Assembly (NCBI GenBank): GCA_012026655.1
Contig: JAAILG010000595.1
Location: forward strand, 1-64,000
Source: Hydrolagus affinis
Lineage: Eukaryota
Length of the DNA stretch: 64,000 nucleotides
Direction: 5' to 3'
Positions 51,143 through 63,655 of the stretch are shown piece after piece (position 1 is the first letter of the stretch; the number at the start of each line of letters is the position of its first letter). The notes beneath the pieces are model-generated. The model had not been told where the DNA came from. It searched no databases and worked only from the letters and a program-made list of their open reading frames with translations. A program made the translations under genes and the position numbers.

Positions 51143-53319
51143 AAAATCTGGAGATATTGAACATTGGAAGAAGTGAAACGGTGAAAAGGGCTGCGTTTCA
51201 TACTGCGCTCGTTCTCTTGTGAAAACTTCCACAAGCAGCGGCTCAGGAAATGCCACGAATTTCACCCCTGTAGTAAACAAATTTGGGTTGTACCTAGAAT
51301 TATTTTTAAACACCATTTTGCCCTCTAATGTGAGGGGCACCTCCTTTGTTGGCAACCGGTTCACTTGATAAGGTAATTCATTGCTTACACGCGAGGAAAT
51401 AGTGCACATGGCGGCTTGAAGCCAACACCTTCTTAAAGTAACTAAAGATGTAAAACACGACCAATTATTGGACTGTCATGAAATAATACCAGCCTTTGGT
51501 CTTTGCTGTAGCAGAGTATATACATTGACGTTAAAGTGCTCCAAATCACTCGTTGGTTTGAAGAGCTTATTGCATACAACAGAAACAACTTGGATTTATA
51601 TCGCACCCTTCACACATGGTAGCGTTCTGCAGTGTTTGAATGGGGCATAAGGAAAGGGCTCAGGGAAGCAGAGACAATCTGTAGCGATCTGCTTCCAGTA
51701 AACGTTCAAGGTTGCTCTATCCCTGATACTGGGACACAGAGTTTGCTGGATATTATTTACCCATCCACGCAGTGCGAATGACCTTTCACACGTACGAAAA
51801 TAACTCGCAAACAAAGAGCTAAATAATTTGGGAATGCGATTACAAAGGCAAAGGCGATCGGATTTTCTTTTTGGTCATCCGGGTGTCTTACACGTTCGGA
51901 CGGAGAATTCAATGGACCATGTCCAGCTCACAGGATCAAAATAGAGGTTTGAATAAACAAGCCTCTTTGGCCTATTTGATATCTTTCCAGAAATACTCTC
52001 CCCCCCTGCTGCTACCATCCACAATGCAGCTTTCTCATTATAGCTATTTCTTATAAACAAATCGTTTGTCTCTAGCCACCCTTCCTGGTAACCCAATTGG
52101 CTGCCATGTTTCGCCCACAAATTCGCCCACAGTCAATTCACTTTACAGTATATTCTGTTACGTGCTTTGATACATCGATACGACATGAAAAGCGCTATAT
52201 CAAATGCAAGGATTACTACAGTATTATTATTATTCCACCTGCTCATTGCTGTCTGTGCACAGAAATTCAAGTGTCCCAAAAATGGCCCTAATTACTGTGA
52301 CCTTTTTGTTATTGTGTGTCCAATGAATGGAAATTGCTCTCACAATGGAGACTGTTGGAGAATTTTCTTACTTTCTTCACTTGCCTGAGAAAACGCAGGG
52401 CTGGGATTTACATTGTGCTTTGATCCTCAGTGTGGTTACACTGGCCAGCAAACTGTTATCAACGCAGCCTCTATAGGAAAGGGTTAATCAGGACCAGGCT
52501 AGGAGCTGGGTAAGCCGACATTCTAAGTATTTAATAATTATGCAGCAATTCAGATGACTAATGATAGGAAGTACAGTGGGTGTGGGGGTGGGGGGGGGGG
52601 CGGGGGGGTAGTGGGGTTGAGGGGGGAGGGTGGTGGGGAGAGTTCACTTTGGCAACTAACTGAAGCAAATGAAAAACAGTCCCACCCAATCCTACTTCCA
52701 TTGAGAATTCAGGATTTTTATTGTATCCTGAAACCCATATGAGTATGTGCCATAGAAAACAGCGCACAATATCCCCATCAATCTATCAGCACTCACATCC
52801 ACAACTGTATAAATACTGACTATACATGTAAACAGGCTGAGCAGTGGAACGGTGAACGGTGAGCAGTCAGTGGGAAACGAAGGTGTGTTTACACAGTTTT
52901 TAAGTTAAAGGAAATGTTAGAGTACAGTGTTTTTTTTAAAACGTACAACCCACCTTACTTTCACAAGAATGCATTCCTCTGTAATTTTACTTTTATCAAC
53001 CAGAGCTGTGTCTTGTGAGTGCATAACATTCCCCTGGTTCTGTTTTCTTAGGGTAAATTGAGTTTCAGCCTCATTTTCGACTAGACGGAATGCAACTTAG
53101 AGTGAAACTCTTATAACTCGTCTCCCCAAGCTAAATAGCTCGAATGACTACTAATCAGAGTTGACTAGTTATCCAAAGTACAGTATCTCGAAAGCGCAAA
53201 GTACTTGACTAGCTGTCAAATTATTATTATTATAAATTGAGTAAGTGCCTGGTTTATGTGGGATTGATGACTTATCCTGTTGTGAGTTACCAGCGTTTCA
53301 CCACAATAATAAATAGAAA

Positions 53320-53802
53320 TAATAATTCTTGCCATTTGATAAAGGGGCTTTAAAGTCAAAAACAATTGATAGAGAATTGCCACCATACTGTTCATTTGTG
53401 GGCAACTTAGTAGCCAATTTACAAGCAGAAACGACGTAGAATGAATGAGCAATTTATCCTTGATACCAGAGGAAAATGTTCCATTTCAAATAGGACCATG
53501 GGATCATTACCTTCTTCCACAAGGGACCTCAAATTAGCATCACAATCGAACGATGTTACCTCCTATAATGCAGCGATTTTGCCAGCATTGAACTAGAATT
53601 TTGCCCAACAAATATACGGTCAATTCACTTTACAGTATATTCTGTAAAGCACTTTGAGACGTCTTGAAGGCATGAAAAGGCACTTCATCAAATGCAAGGA
53701 TTGTTATCGTTATAGAATGCTAGCCAGAGTTCTGTTGGGCTACTTCAGCTCACAAGCTTCGAAAGCAGAAATGAGAGTGCTAACAACTGAGTCAGGCTGA
53801 CA
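53320..53802 (-). mobile_element. Ancient Deu-domain SINE interrupted by a younger SINE tail (53600-53712, +)
   Basis: Tail and core on the left, head (GAGAGTGCTAACAACTGAGTCAGGCTGACA) on the right; the insert is flanked by TAGAAT on both sides. Confidence 0.6.
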
Positions 53803-54416
53803 ACATTCAGTGGAAAGTTGACATCACTCGGCTGTAGATCATTGGCAGACAATAGAAATGGCTGGGAACAACAGCCCAGGGAAGCAATGTGACTGACTGA
53901 AAAACAGAGAGAGGGAGAGAGAAGTGATCTGTGTTGAGGATTAGTCCTTTATCAGCACTTATCATTGACATGTTCTTATTGAAGAGCCAATACTACTGAC
54001 ACTAGTTAATGATGGGAAAATGCCTGGCATTTGGGACCTTTGACGATACCGCTCCTTACAGAGTCCTGAAGCGAGTGTGTGAAAATAAATCAGAGAATTT
54101 TTCTTCTGACTCCCTCCCCCGCCCAACTGATTGCCAAGTGGCCTCTATACTTGTGCCTTCCCCGATAGCCCAGCCAACAACAGCAACAACAAATTGTATC
54201 TGTTCTTGATTCGTCTTATCAAAAGGATGTCCCAAACCAATATTGAGCATCTTTCATTTATTATGAAATTCTCCAGCTACAAAATTTATATGAGATGTGA
54301 TTACCATATCAGATTAAAGTTCCAGTCACTGTACTTTGTTATGCTAACTCTGGAGCTTAGGTTAGTTGATTATAGTAAGTGCTCGGAGATGCTACTCTGC
54401 GTGGAGGGTGTTATAT

Positions 54417-54730
54417 AATAATAATAATAATAATAATCCTTGCATTTGATATAGCGCTTTTCACATCTTATCGATGTTCTCAAAGCGCTTCACAGAATAT
54501 ACTATAAAGTGAATTGACTGTATATTTGTGGGCGAAACACGGTAGCCAATTGCGCACAGCAGTGTCCCACAAACAGTCGTGGATTGAAATGACCAATTTT
54601 ATTATTGTGTTTTTGGAGGGATTATTATTAGGCGTGTGTGTGTGGAGTAAGGAAACTTGCCCAAGGTTTCGCCCTGACCTGCCTGGATTCGAACACTGGT
54701 CTCACGCTTGTAAGGCGAGTGCTCTAACCG
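54417..54730 (-). mobile_element. Young tRNA-derived SINE, near full length (subtype A)
   Basis: Long (TAA)n run then reverse-complement body and head, 5'-truncated by about 20 nt. Confidence 0.9.
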
Positions 54731-57700
54731 CTGTTGCATATGGAAGTTGGCATTGTTGCTGCAGCGGTAAGGGTTGAAGGGGCTAAAAGGAAAGGGTGGT
54801 ATTTAAAAGAGCGGGTGAGAATTCAAGGGAAGTGAGGAGTAGAATACTGCTGTGTCAGGCCTGCTTTGTTCTGCTTTGCTCTTTTGATCTCTTTGGTATA
54901 AATTAATTAAAAAAAACATTGTGTTGCACGTCAACGACCTTTACATCAACCAACGCATAGAGAAAGAAATACGAGGTGCTGAGTGAATGATAGGTTTGTC
55001 AAAGCAAATGAACAACTCTAAGCCCTATTTTAAAAATCATAGTCTTTTTATTCAATTCAACAATGTACCACGTGGAACCCACACAAAAGGTTGATTTCCT
55101 TGTGACGACATTTTAATTTTTCACACATATCGGCAGTCTTTTTGGCTGGTAATCTTCACGTTTTTAAGCTAATGACCTGATTCATTCTGAAACGCAGCTA
55201 GCTAGCTGTGTTGTGGTTGAGTCAAACACCTGCAGATCACAATTGATTGACCAACAGAGATCTTTTACACTGTGACTAAACTCCTTAATTTCTATAAAGA
55301 TGCGTTTCGGCAATGCAAGGCCACACTCACAATATACTGTACGTATTCTTGGTGCAAAGTGAACTGTCCTTTCACCTTTCAGATCTGGCTTTGAGTCTGG
55401 CCTATGTTGAAACATGAATTTACAGCTTCAATTTAATTACTAATACCATAAAGTTGAATATTAAAATAAAGGGGGAAATCGAGTTCTCTTGAGCATCTGG
55501 GAGCGAGAGCACAGAATGAAAAATATACCGTAAGTATGTATCATTAAAATATGAGAGCGTTGGAAACACCTCATAGTCCAACAGACAATAAGTTAAGACA
55601 TAGAGTTGGAAGGAAGATAGCATAAATAACATGGAACTAATTCTTATTAATAGGACACGCTTGGGAATTATAAATGAAACATGACGCTGGTACTAAGCAA
55701 GGTAGTTAAGCTATTGGAAGCAATTCAAAATTGCGTTAAAAACTAGACTGTGATTTATGAATAGGTCAAGGCCATAGGAACATTTTGTGGAGGATGTGAT
55801 GTGGATGGTCCTGATGTAACAACGGAAGTAACAAAGTGTAGAACCAGTTGCAGTACTGCCCACCAATAAGAACTCAGGTGTTGCAATGTTCCCAACAGCC
55901 ATCAGTAAAACTCAAAGCACCTATCAGGGAAAAGAGAGGTACGGGAGAGGTGATTAAAAGTGTGATGGAGGCGAAAGGTGGACGATAGTCACCATCGCTA
56001 ACGGGGCACAGCTGTGGGCCAAATGGCCTGTGTACGTGCTGTAATGCCATGAAATGCACTACACCAATGTAATCTCTTGTGGTTTGTGTTTTTCTCCCCG
56101 TATTTCGCGTGAATCCTGTGGACCGTTCTTGGTGCTGGAAGCCGTTTGGGAATCTGTTGCTGATGAGACCTCTGCCACAGGTTGCTGCTGTTCATAAGCC
56201 CGATGCTTAGCCGCGAATAGGTGAAAATGTAAAAAGGCTAAGTGTACAATGCTGATTGAAAGTAAGGGCTCCATGCGTAGCATTGTTTTGTTTGTTGAGC
56301 TGACTTTACCGACTGATGATCCTATCATCAACAAATCCTATCATCAACATAGCTTGATCCAGCCTCACTAACAGGACACAGTTGTCATGCTGTGTGTAGT
56401 CTTGCTCATTGCAGTTGCACATGGACATTAATGGCCCCATATTTACATCCTGTAAAAAAAAGCTTCCTGGACAGTTCTCCAAATATAAGGGGGAAAAAAA
56501 CCTCTCACGTAAATAAGGACAGATTTGTCATTGTTTAGCACAACACAGAATAGACTGGGATTTGGAATAGACCCATGTTAACCAGAGAGCAGATACATTT
56601 GCCAATCTCGGCGATAAGGTACAATGATAACATGCGTTCATTTCAGACCAAAATAATTGTGACTGTGATACTGGATTTGGTGGAATGTGTGCTCAAACGC
56701 TATTTCTCTTCGATGAATGATCTGCCATCTGCTAGATTGAAAACTATTTATAAAGAGATCAAATAGTGGAAATGGAATGACAGCTGTTTCCTGGCTGCAG
56801 GCAGATGGTCACGAATGGGAGTTTGGACTTCCCCTGAATTGCCCACCAGTATTTTCAGTATTTTCCATGTTCCTTTATAGAAAACGTAGTGTTTACATAC
56901 AATGGTCCCAGCTTACTGCACACAGTTTCGATGGTGATTGATTCCTGCAATATAAGGAACCTATTTAAATATCCTGAATTCTGCCACAAATCAAGAAATA
57001 TTCCATTGAGAAATAACGGGAAATATATTATAGATTGACGTTTTGTCCACAAAATATACAGTCACTACACTTTGCAGTATATTCTGCAATACACTGTAGT
57101 ATTCAGTAGTAGCCAGGTACATAAAAAAATCACTCAATCCACAACAATTTGCTGTGACTTAACACTGCTGTGGGTAATGGCTGCCATGTTTCACCTACAA
57201 AATATACAGTCACATATATACTTTACAGTATATTCTGCGAAGCACTTTGAGACATCTGGAAGACGTGATCAGGCACTATATCAAATGCAAGGATTATTCT
57301 TATTTATTCAGTGAAGTACTTTGAGAATGTCTCGAAGACGTGATAATGCGCGATAGGATTGTTAATATTATTATTAACATGGACGTACATTACCTAGACT
57401 AGTGTGAATGTTTGAAGGGACTGTCCCCCCCTTGGGCCACTTCCAGCCCGCGGGCCATGTGCTGACCACTCGAATCTGTCCGGGGTGTGGAGGTAGGTGA
57501 TAGGATTATAAAGCAAGGACCCACTGCTAGGAAGAGAGCCAGGAACAGGCAGGAGTGGTGAGGATTCACTCCTTACTCAGGCAATTTGACCTCCTGGCTG
57601 TTCATTGCTATAAAAAGTCCCCAAAGCAATTCATTTTAGGCCATTTGTCTTCATTACGAGTTGTAAATATATCCGATGGAGCTGTTAAGCCACTAATCTC

Positions 57701-58219
57701 AAGTTTTCAAAGACTCTGCGGTGAGAAACGCTGCCAGGGCACCTGCCTGCAGCCAGGGCTGAACCCACAATTATCCCAGGCTGCAAATAACCCGGCACGG
57801 CAACGACTCCCGTGCAAATGTTTCTTATTAACACGGCCAGAGCGATGGAGGTAATAGGCAAACGAGGAGGTGGGGTGCAAGGATGAGAGCTGGGGAGCAA
57901 GGGGGAGGGAGGAGAGAGAGCTGCTGTGAGAGGTATGAGACAGCACAAAGAGAGATGGGAAGGTTTTTTTTAATTGATGAACGAGGTTTAGCCTGGTCAC
58001 CGCCATTAACCAGATTAGACCTAATACATTCTGCTCAGGCCCCAATCTGTCCCCCGTCCCCAGTAACATAACCTCTTCTCGGCTCCAAATTAGCGGATGA
58101 TAATGCAGATCTAAACCGTGCCTTCATGACCACCCGAGCAGGTCAGGCGACTCGATCGCCTCTCCATAGGGACGGTGCCTCCATGAATGGCCTCTCTCAC
58201 ACACACATTGGAGTCACAT

Positions 58220-58400
58220 TGAGTCCTGTAGCTCAGTGGTTAGAGCACTCACCTTCCAAGTGAGAGACCTGGGTTCGATTCCAGGCAGGGCGACACCTCG
58301 GGCAAGTTTCCTTACTCCACACACCCGATAATAATCTCTCCCCAAAAGAAAAATTATCGGTCATTTCAATTGGTCACAGACTATTTTTGGGACACTGGGT
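58220..58400 (+). mobile_element. tRNA-derived SINE, 5' half (subtype B)
   Basis: GAGTCCTGTAGCTCAGTGGTTAGAGC...GGGTTCGATTCCAGGCAGGG head; body truncated. Confidence 0.85.
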
Positions 58401-59159
58401 TCCACTCAATATTATCACTCAATATTACTACAGATACTAAGTGTTAGAAATTATTTGACATTCACACACAGATCATGTATACTAATGTAATTTGTTGTTG
58501 TTGTATATTTAAGCCACCGCACATCAAAGTCCGCTGGTGTTTATATCAGTACTTCCTAAGATGACTTAAGAAACAGTTATTTCACAGCATTGTTCTTTGA
58601 ACATTCCCCCCACCCCACCCCCCACCCCCCTTGGGACTCCATTTCAGATCATTTCATAAGCGACTGAAAGATTCAGCGCAGTCGACCTCACCGACATTGT
58701 CAGAGACTGGAAATATGTCCGATGGAGACTGGGCAAATCTAGCGAAATAAAAGGGAATTGTTATTGAGGATATTATGGAATGAAAAAAATTCTATCTGAT
58801 CCACCCTTTTCGTACATTTTCCATCAGGGGGGTAATGGGAGCACAGCGGGGGAGATGGAGAGGGTGGGGGGGTGGGGAAAGGAGAGGTCACCACATACAT
58901 AAATACATCCCATACACCCACTTAACGCAGTTTTAATGAGTGTTCACACCCAGAATTTTTAAATTATTTTCCAGAAATATAAGCCACCCTGCAGGGAACC
59001 AGAGTTTTATTGTTGCTTTCTGCTGCAGAAAAACAACTTTGCTTCCAATAATTTGACTTCAATCGGAAAGATGAAACTACACAGCCCCTCACAAGCCATC
59101 TCCACCCACTCCAAAAAAAGTAGGATCTTCTCCCTACTTAGTAACATATCATATAAATA

Positions 59160-59560
59160 ATGAATAATAATCCTATCCATTGATATAGCGCCTTATTTTG
59201 TTGTTGAAGCATCTCAAAGCGCTTTGTGTAGATGTGTATACTTGTTGGTGAACATGGCAGCTAATTTCATGCGGCAATTTCCCACAAAAAGCCACAAAGT
59301 GAGTAACCAGTTTTAATGTAGGGGAATGTTGGCCAGCAAACCTAGGAGTAACTCCCTTCCCTTTTCAAACATTACCATGGGATCCTTAACATCTAGCTGA
59401 AGGATTTCGGTTTTGACAGTTCGTCCAATGTACAGCACCAGTGACAATGCAGCACTCTATCACAAAACCCCCCGGGAGTGCCAGCCTAGACTACGATCTT
59501 AAAGACCCTAATTGGGTTTGAACCCAAAGATCTCTGACTCCAACCATGCACCCTACTGTA
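59160..59560 (-). mobile_element. Ancient Deu-domain SINE (SacSINE1/AmnSINE1-like), near full length
   Basis: Reverse complement contains a tRNA-like head, GTGCTGCATTGTC..GGTGCTG and GTTAAGGATCCCATGG..GAAAAGGGAAGGGAGTT (Deu core as recalled), plus the same L2-like tail as the young SINE. Confidence 0.7.
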
Positions 59561-61492
59561 ACCATCACACCATTGAGTTGATTCTTAAATGAGTACGGCC
59601 TCAAACATTCTTCCTAGTAATTCCATTTCCAGTCATTCATTCATATTTCTTGTTTATAAAGGAATATTTTCTAGCCTCTGTCATGAAATAGCCCTTTAGC
59701 ACCCTGACTCAACCTCTGTCCATCTGTTGGTATCTGAAATAATAATAATCTGTCAAAAAAACACAATACTCTAATGAAACTGTTCATTTCAATCCCCGAC
59801 TGTTTGTGGGACACTGCTGTGCGCAATCGGCTGCCGCGTTTCGCCCACAAATATACAGTCAATTCACTTTACAGTATATTCTGTGTAGCGCTTTGAGACG
59901 TCGATGAGATGTGAAAACCCCCATATCAAATACAAGGATTATTATTATAAAATATTGTTCTGGGCTTATTTTAAGGGGAAACTTACCATTTAGGGGGCAT
60001 GACTTTGAATGCTACATTTTGAATGTAGCCCACCATTTTTCTTTGGAGAAAATATTTTATCTAGAAATCAGCTTTGGCCATGATTGTCTCGATCACTGAT
60101 GTGACAAGGCCAGGACTCTAGATCAAAGGAATGCCTCTGAAGCCACACTACACTTCCCCCATCAGACCTCATACAATTTGAGCCCCTTATCTCACAAGTT
60201 CTCCATGCAAAAAAAAATGTACTGTGAATCAGCAGACTCCCTGCTCTGAAGTGCTATCTCATATCTGCAGTCAGGGGAAGTGAGCAATCAGCATTTTTCA
60301 TGTGAGTTAATACAATATCTTATCGAGTTCAATTGATCAGCACTATTTCAAACAGCGTTTGGCTGTTTTGAAAGCTTTTCTCTGCCGAGCGCATGTTTTT
60401 GTTGAGGTCGGTGTGGAATAATTAGTAGTGAGTGTGGAGTATTCTTTTCCTTCCTGCATATATTAAAACCGTTTGCCTTTCTTTTGTAAACTCGCTGAAC
60501 CTCATTTTTCAGCTGCAATTTTTTTTGCAGAATATCTCAGTTTCTGTTAACAGTTCAGCATTAAAACCAAACAAATACACAAATGTGTTGCTTCACTGTA
60601 GAATTTCCGAGACCTTAGAAGGTGTGTATTACAGTATTTAGGTGACATGGAAAGATTATTCCGTAGCTACGGGTCATTAACCCCTCTTAAGATGGTTAAA
60701 ACATGTTGGACTCCTAAGTTGTGATACTTCTTCATGGGGTTGCTGAACCAATTATTCCTATTGGCTCGGAAAGCTCCACTCCACAAGTAATTTCACGTCA
60801 AACGAGAACTTCCATTGATCATTGCGATGTAAGGTTGGTTATCAAATAAGCTTCCCTTTGTCACACAAATTGGGGAATCCTTATGGTAACTAGAAGTAGA
60901 TCAAATCAACCTGTGACAAGTCCACTCCAACAGTGTTCCAGAGGCATGTTCCCGAGCATCAAAGAGAATTCGAATAGGATCATTTGTTAAGAAATCCCAT
61001 TGACAGACACCACAAATTAGACCCTTGTTATAAACGTTATATTCTCGATTTCTCCCCATTAATCTTCCGCTATTACTCTGGAAAGGTGCAGAGCACTCAG
61101 TACATAAACAGCGCACTTTATGTTAAAGATTTAAAACCACATGAAACCATCACGGGGAGATTACAATAAACAAAGGAAACTGAAGTTAAAAGGAAAATCT
61201 GCTGTGATTGATGTAACGGTGTGAGGAAGATGATATTCTTCAGCCTCTGGCAAATCTTCTGACATCTACAGATCATATTTGTCAGGCAAATATTTGGACA
61301 GCTGCCACAGTGAAGCATGCAGGCGGACATTAGAAAATACGGTACAGTTATCAGGAAGTAACAAAATATGAGAATTTTACTTTACGTTTTAACTTATGCT
61401 TATTTCACAGACATTGAGATGAAGTACTGCGGCTTTGAAAATTCAGTTATCCACTTAAAGAGTGTTGACCAGACTCTGAGAGGATGGGTCGT

Positions 61493-61812
61493 GGAGTCCT
61501 GTAGCTCAGTGGTTAGAGCCCTCGCCTTGTAAGCGAGAGAACTGCGTTCGATTCCTGGCCAGGGTGAAACCTTGAGCAAGTTTCCTTACTCCACACACCT
61601 GAAAATAATCCCTTGGAAAAAAAAGATAATAAATTGGTTATTAAAATCCACGACTGTTTATGGGACGCTGCTTTGCGCAATTGGCTGCCGTGTTTCACTC
61701 ACAAATATACAGTCAATTTACTTTACAGTATATTTTGTGAAGTGCTTTGAGACATCTAGAAGATGTGAAAAGCACTATATCGAATGTGAGGATTATCAGT
61801 ATTATCATTATA
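61493..61812 (+). mobile_element. Young tRNA-derived SINE, full length (subtype B)
   Basis: Intact A and B boxes, body and tail. Confidence 0.9.
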
Positions 61813-63333
61813 ATGGTGCAACTGAGGGACAAGGAAGAATATGTTTGTCATAAATTTAGACCAATTTGAGATAGTAAAGTCAGACTGCTCGGATGGTAAC
61901 TTTCCCATCTCAGGCTGAGAAAATCCCTGGTTCTAACCCCATGGCAGGATCTGAGCAGGTAACTCTAGGACGACACTAGTGCCGAGGGGAGCGTCTCATT
62001 GTTGGAAGGCCTTTGTACCAGATCCCATTTGTCTATTGCATAGTTTGGGTGGATATTAAATATTCCCCACAGATCTGTTTCTGTTTGGCAGAAGAGACAG
62101 AAGCTATCCCATCCCCCCTCCAAGTGAATATTCACCCTCCAAAATTCCAAACTCCACACAAAAATAAGTCGTCCGTCCCATTGCTGTTTATGGAATGTCA
62201 CTGGTGCAGAGTAACTGCTCCTTTTGCTTACAAAGTGGCCAGTCAGACTATTGTAAAGTGTTTTGAGCCGTTGTACTGTATTGTCAGAGGTACCATCTTT
62301 CAGTTGAAGCATCAATACAAGCTCTCGTCTGCCTGTATCGGTGGGGCTGATAGATCCCACCACAACTTTGAAGAGTACGAGGGAATTTCTCGCAGTTTCC
62401 TGGCCAGTAATCCTTTCAGGTAAATCGACCATTTGTTTGTTGGATGTTTGTCGGATGTTGTTGCTGGAATTGATTGACTGTTGCATTTGCTGACACGCAC
62501 AGCACCAAAAACAACAATTTACATTCACGTAGCACTTTCGCATCATGAGGGCATTTCAAAGCGAAACGCTTTTGCGTAAGAAACGCAGTCGCTATGGCTT
62601 GACAGAGATCGCCTTCCTTTGAGATGTTTCAAAGTTTGCGGGCACCGTGTCAAAACGCATGGATCACACCATAAAAAGGAATCTGCAACGGAGAGCCAAT
62701 TGACTGCCCGTGCTAGGAATGGGCTGTTCGTATCGATGCATTCCTGTGGTACAGTCCTTTAGATCTGTCAAGCAATTTGGAATCTGTTTGTAGAACTGAA
62801 CATGTGGTTTGCACATCGCAAGAGCATGACACCAGTTTTGAAGGTCCTAGGTTTTCAGATAGCGTGAGATGCCTTCGCTTCCTGTTATTGTTTGCATGAG
62901 TTACATAATGATTCGAAAGTTGGGTCCTGTCCCTCCAACCCCAAGATTATGCCTCTGGCTGGCCTACACATGTGCACACCAGTCACAGCGAAGGAAATCA
63001 TTAAAACTCCTTTCATCTCGCTATAAACAAGATACATTTGATGTACCGAATCGTCACGGCAACTGTTGGGAGGGTTGAGACGGATGGGAAACGAGAGGGC
63101 AGGGCGAGCGCTACAAAACAGTAAGTAACACTAAGTGGTTCATTTCCTTGAACGTTTAAACAGAGAAAGTAATGCGGGCACCTTATCTGATCAGCACATT
63201 GGGGGGGAAAAAATTGCATTGAGGAAAAAAAAGATTTGTCAGGGATATAAACCATAAATGCTTGTATAGAAATGTCACAGAGTATGCACAGAAACCTGTA
63301 CTATGTTCAGCCATGGCTTCAGACCATTACAGT

Positions 63334-63655
63334 GGAGCTCCTGTAGCTCGGTGGTGAGAGTGCTCGCCTTACAAGCGTGAGACCTGTGATCGAATCCAGG
63401 CAGGTCAGGGCGAAACCTTGGGCAAGTTTCCTTACTCCACACACACACCTAATAATAATCCCTCAAAAAAAACCACAATAATGAAATTGGTCATTTCAAT
63501 CCACGACTGTTTGTGGGACACTGCTGTGCTCAATTGGCTGCCACATTTCTCCTACAAATATGCAGTCAATTCACTTTACGGTACATTCTGTGAAGCGCTT
63601 TGAGACGTGAAAAGTGCTCCATCAATTGTTAGGACTATTATTATTATTATTATTT
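63334..63655 (+). mobile_element. Young tRNA-derived SINE, full length (subtype A)
   Basis: Head, body and (TAT)n tail; another tail fragment at about 63848-63975. Confidence 0.9.

Noticed and set aside
52577-52640. G-run clusters with G-quadruplex potential (also 1-32, 8190-8222, 8350-8380)
   Set aside because: Poly-G tracts are frequent throughout this window, with no positional enrichment to suggest function.
54514-54777. Recurring similar ORFs (MTVYLWAK...[13 protein letters not shown]...) that look like a multigene family
   Set aside because: All are translations of the same SINE copies.
56155-56190. CTGATGA followed by a GACCT/AGGTT stem; also CTGATGA...GAAA at about 48673-48700
   Set aside because: The first lacks the GAAA half of the hammerhead core; the second lacks a stem II and stem I pairing.
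56319-56349. Tandem duplication of ATCCTATCATCAACA
   Set aside because: Simple local slippage duplication with no associated structure.
63334-63405. tRNA-Val(TAC)-like cloverleaf, and similar heads at 5058, 20209, 48838, 58220 and 61493
   Set aside because: Each continues directly into SINE body and tail, anticodons vary between copies and stems are imperfect; these are SINE heads, not tRNA genes.
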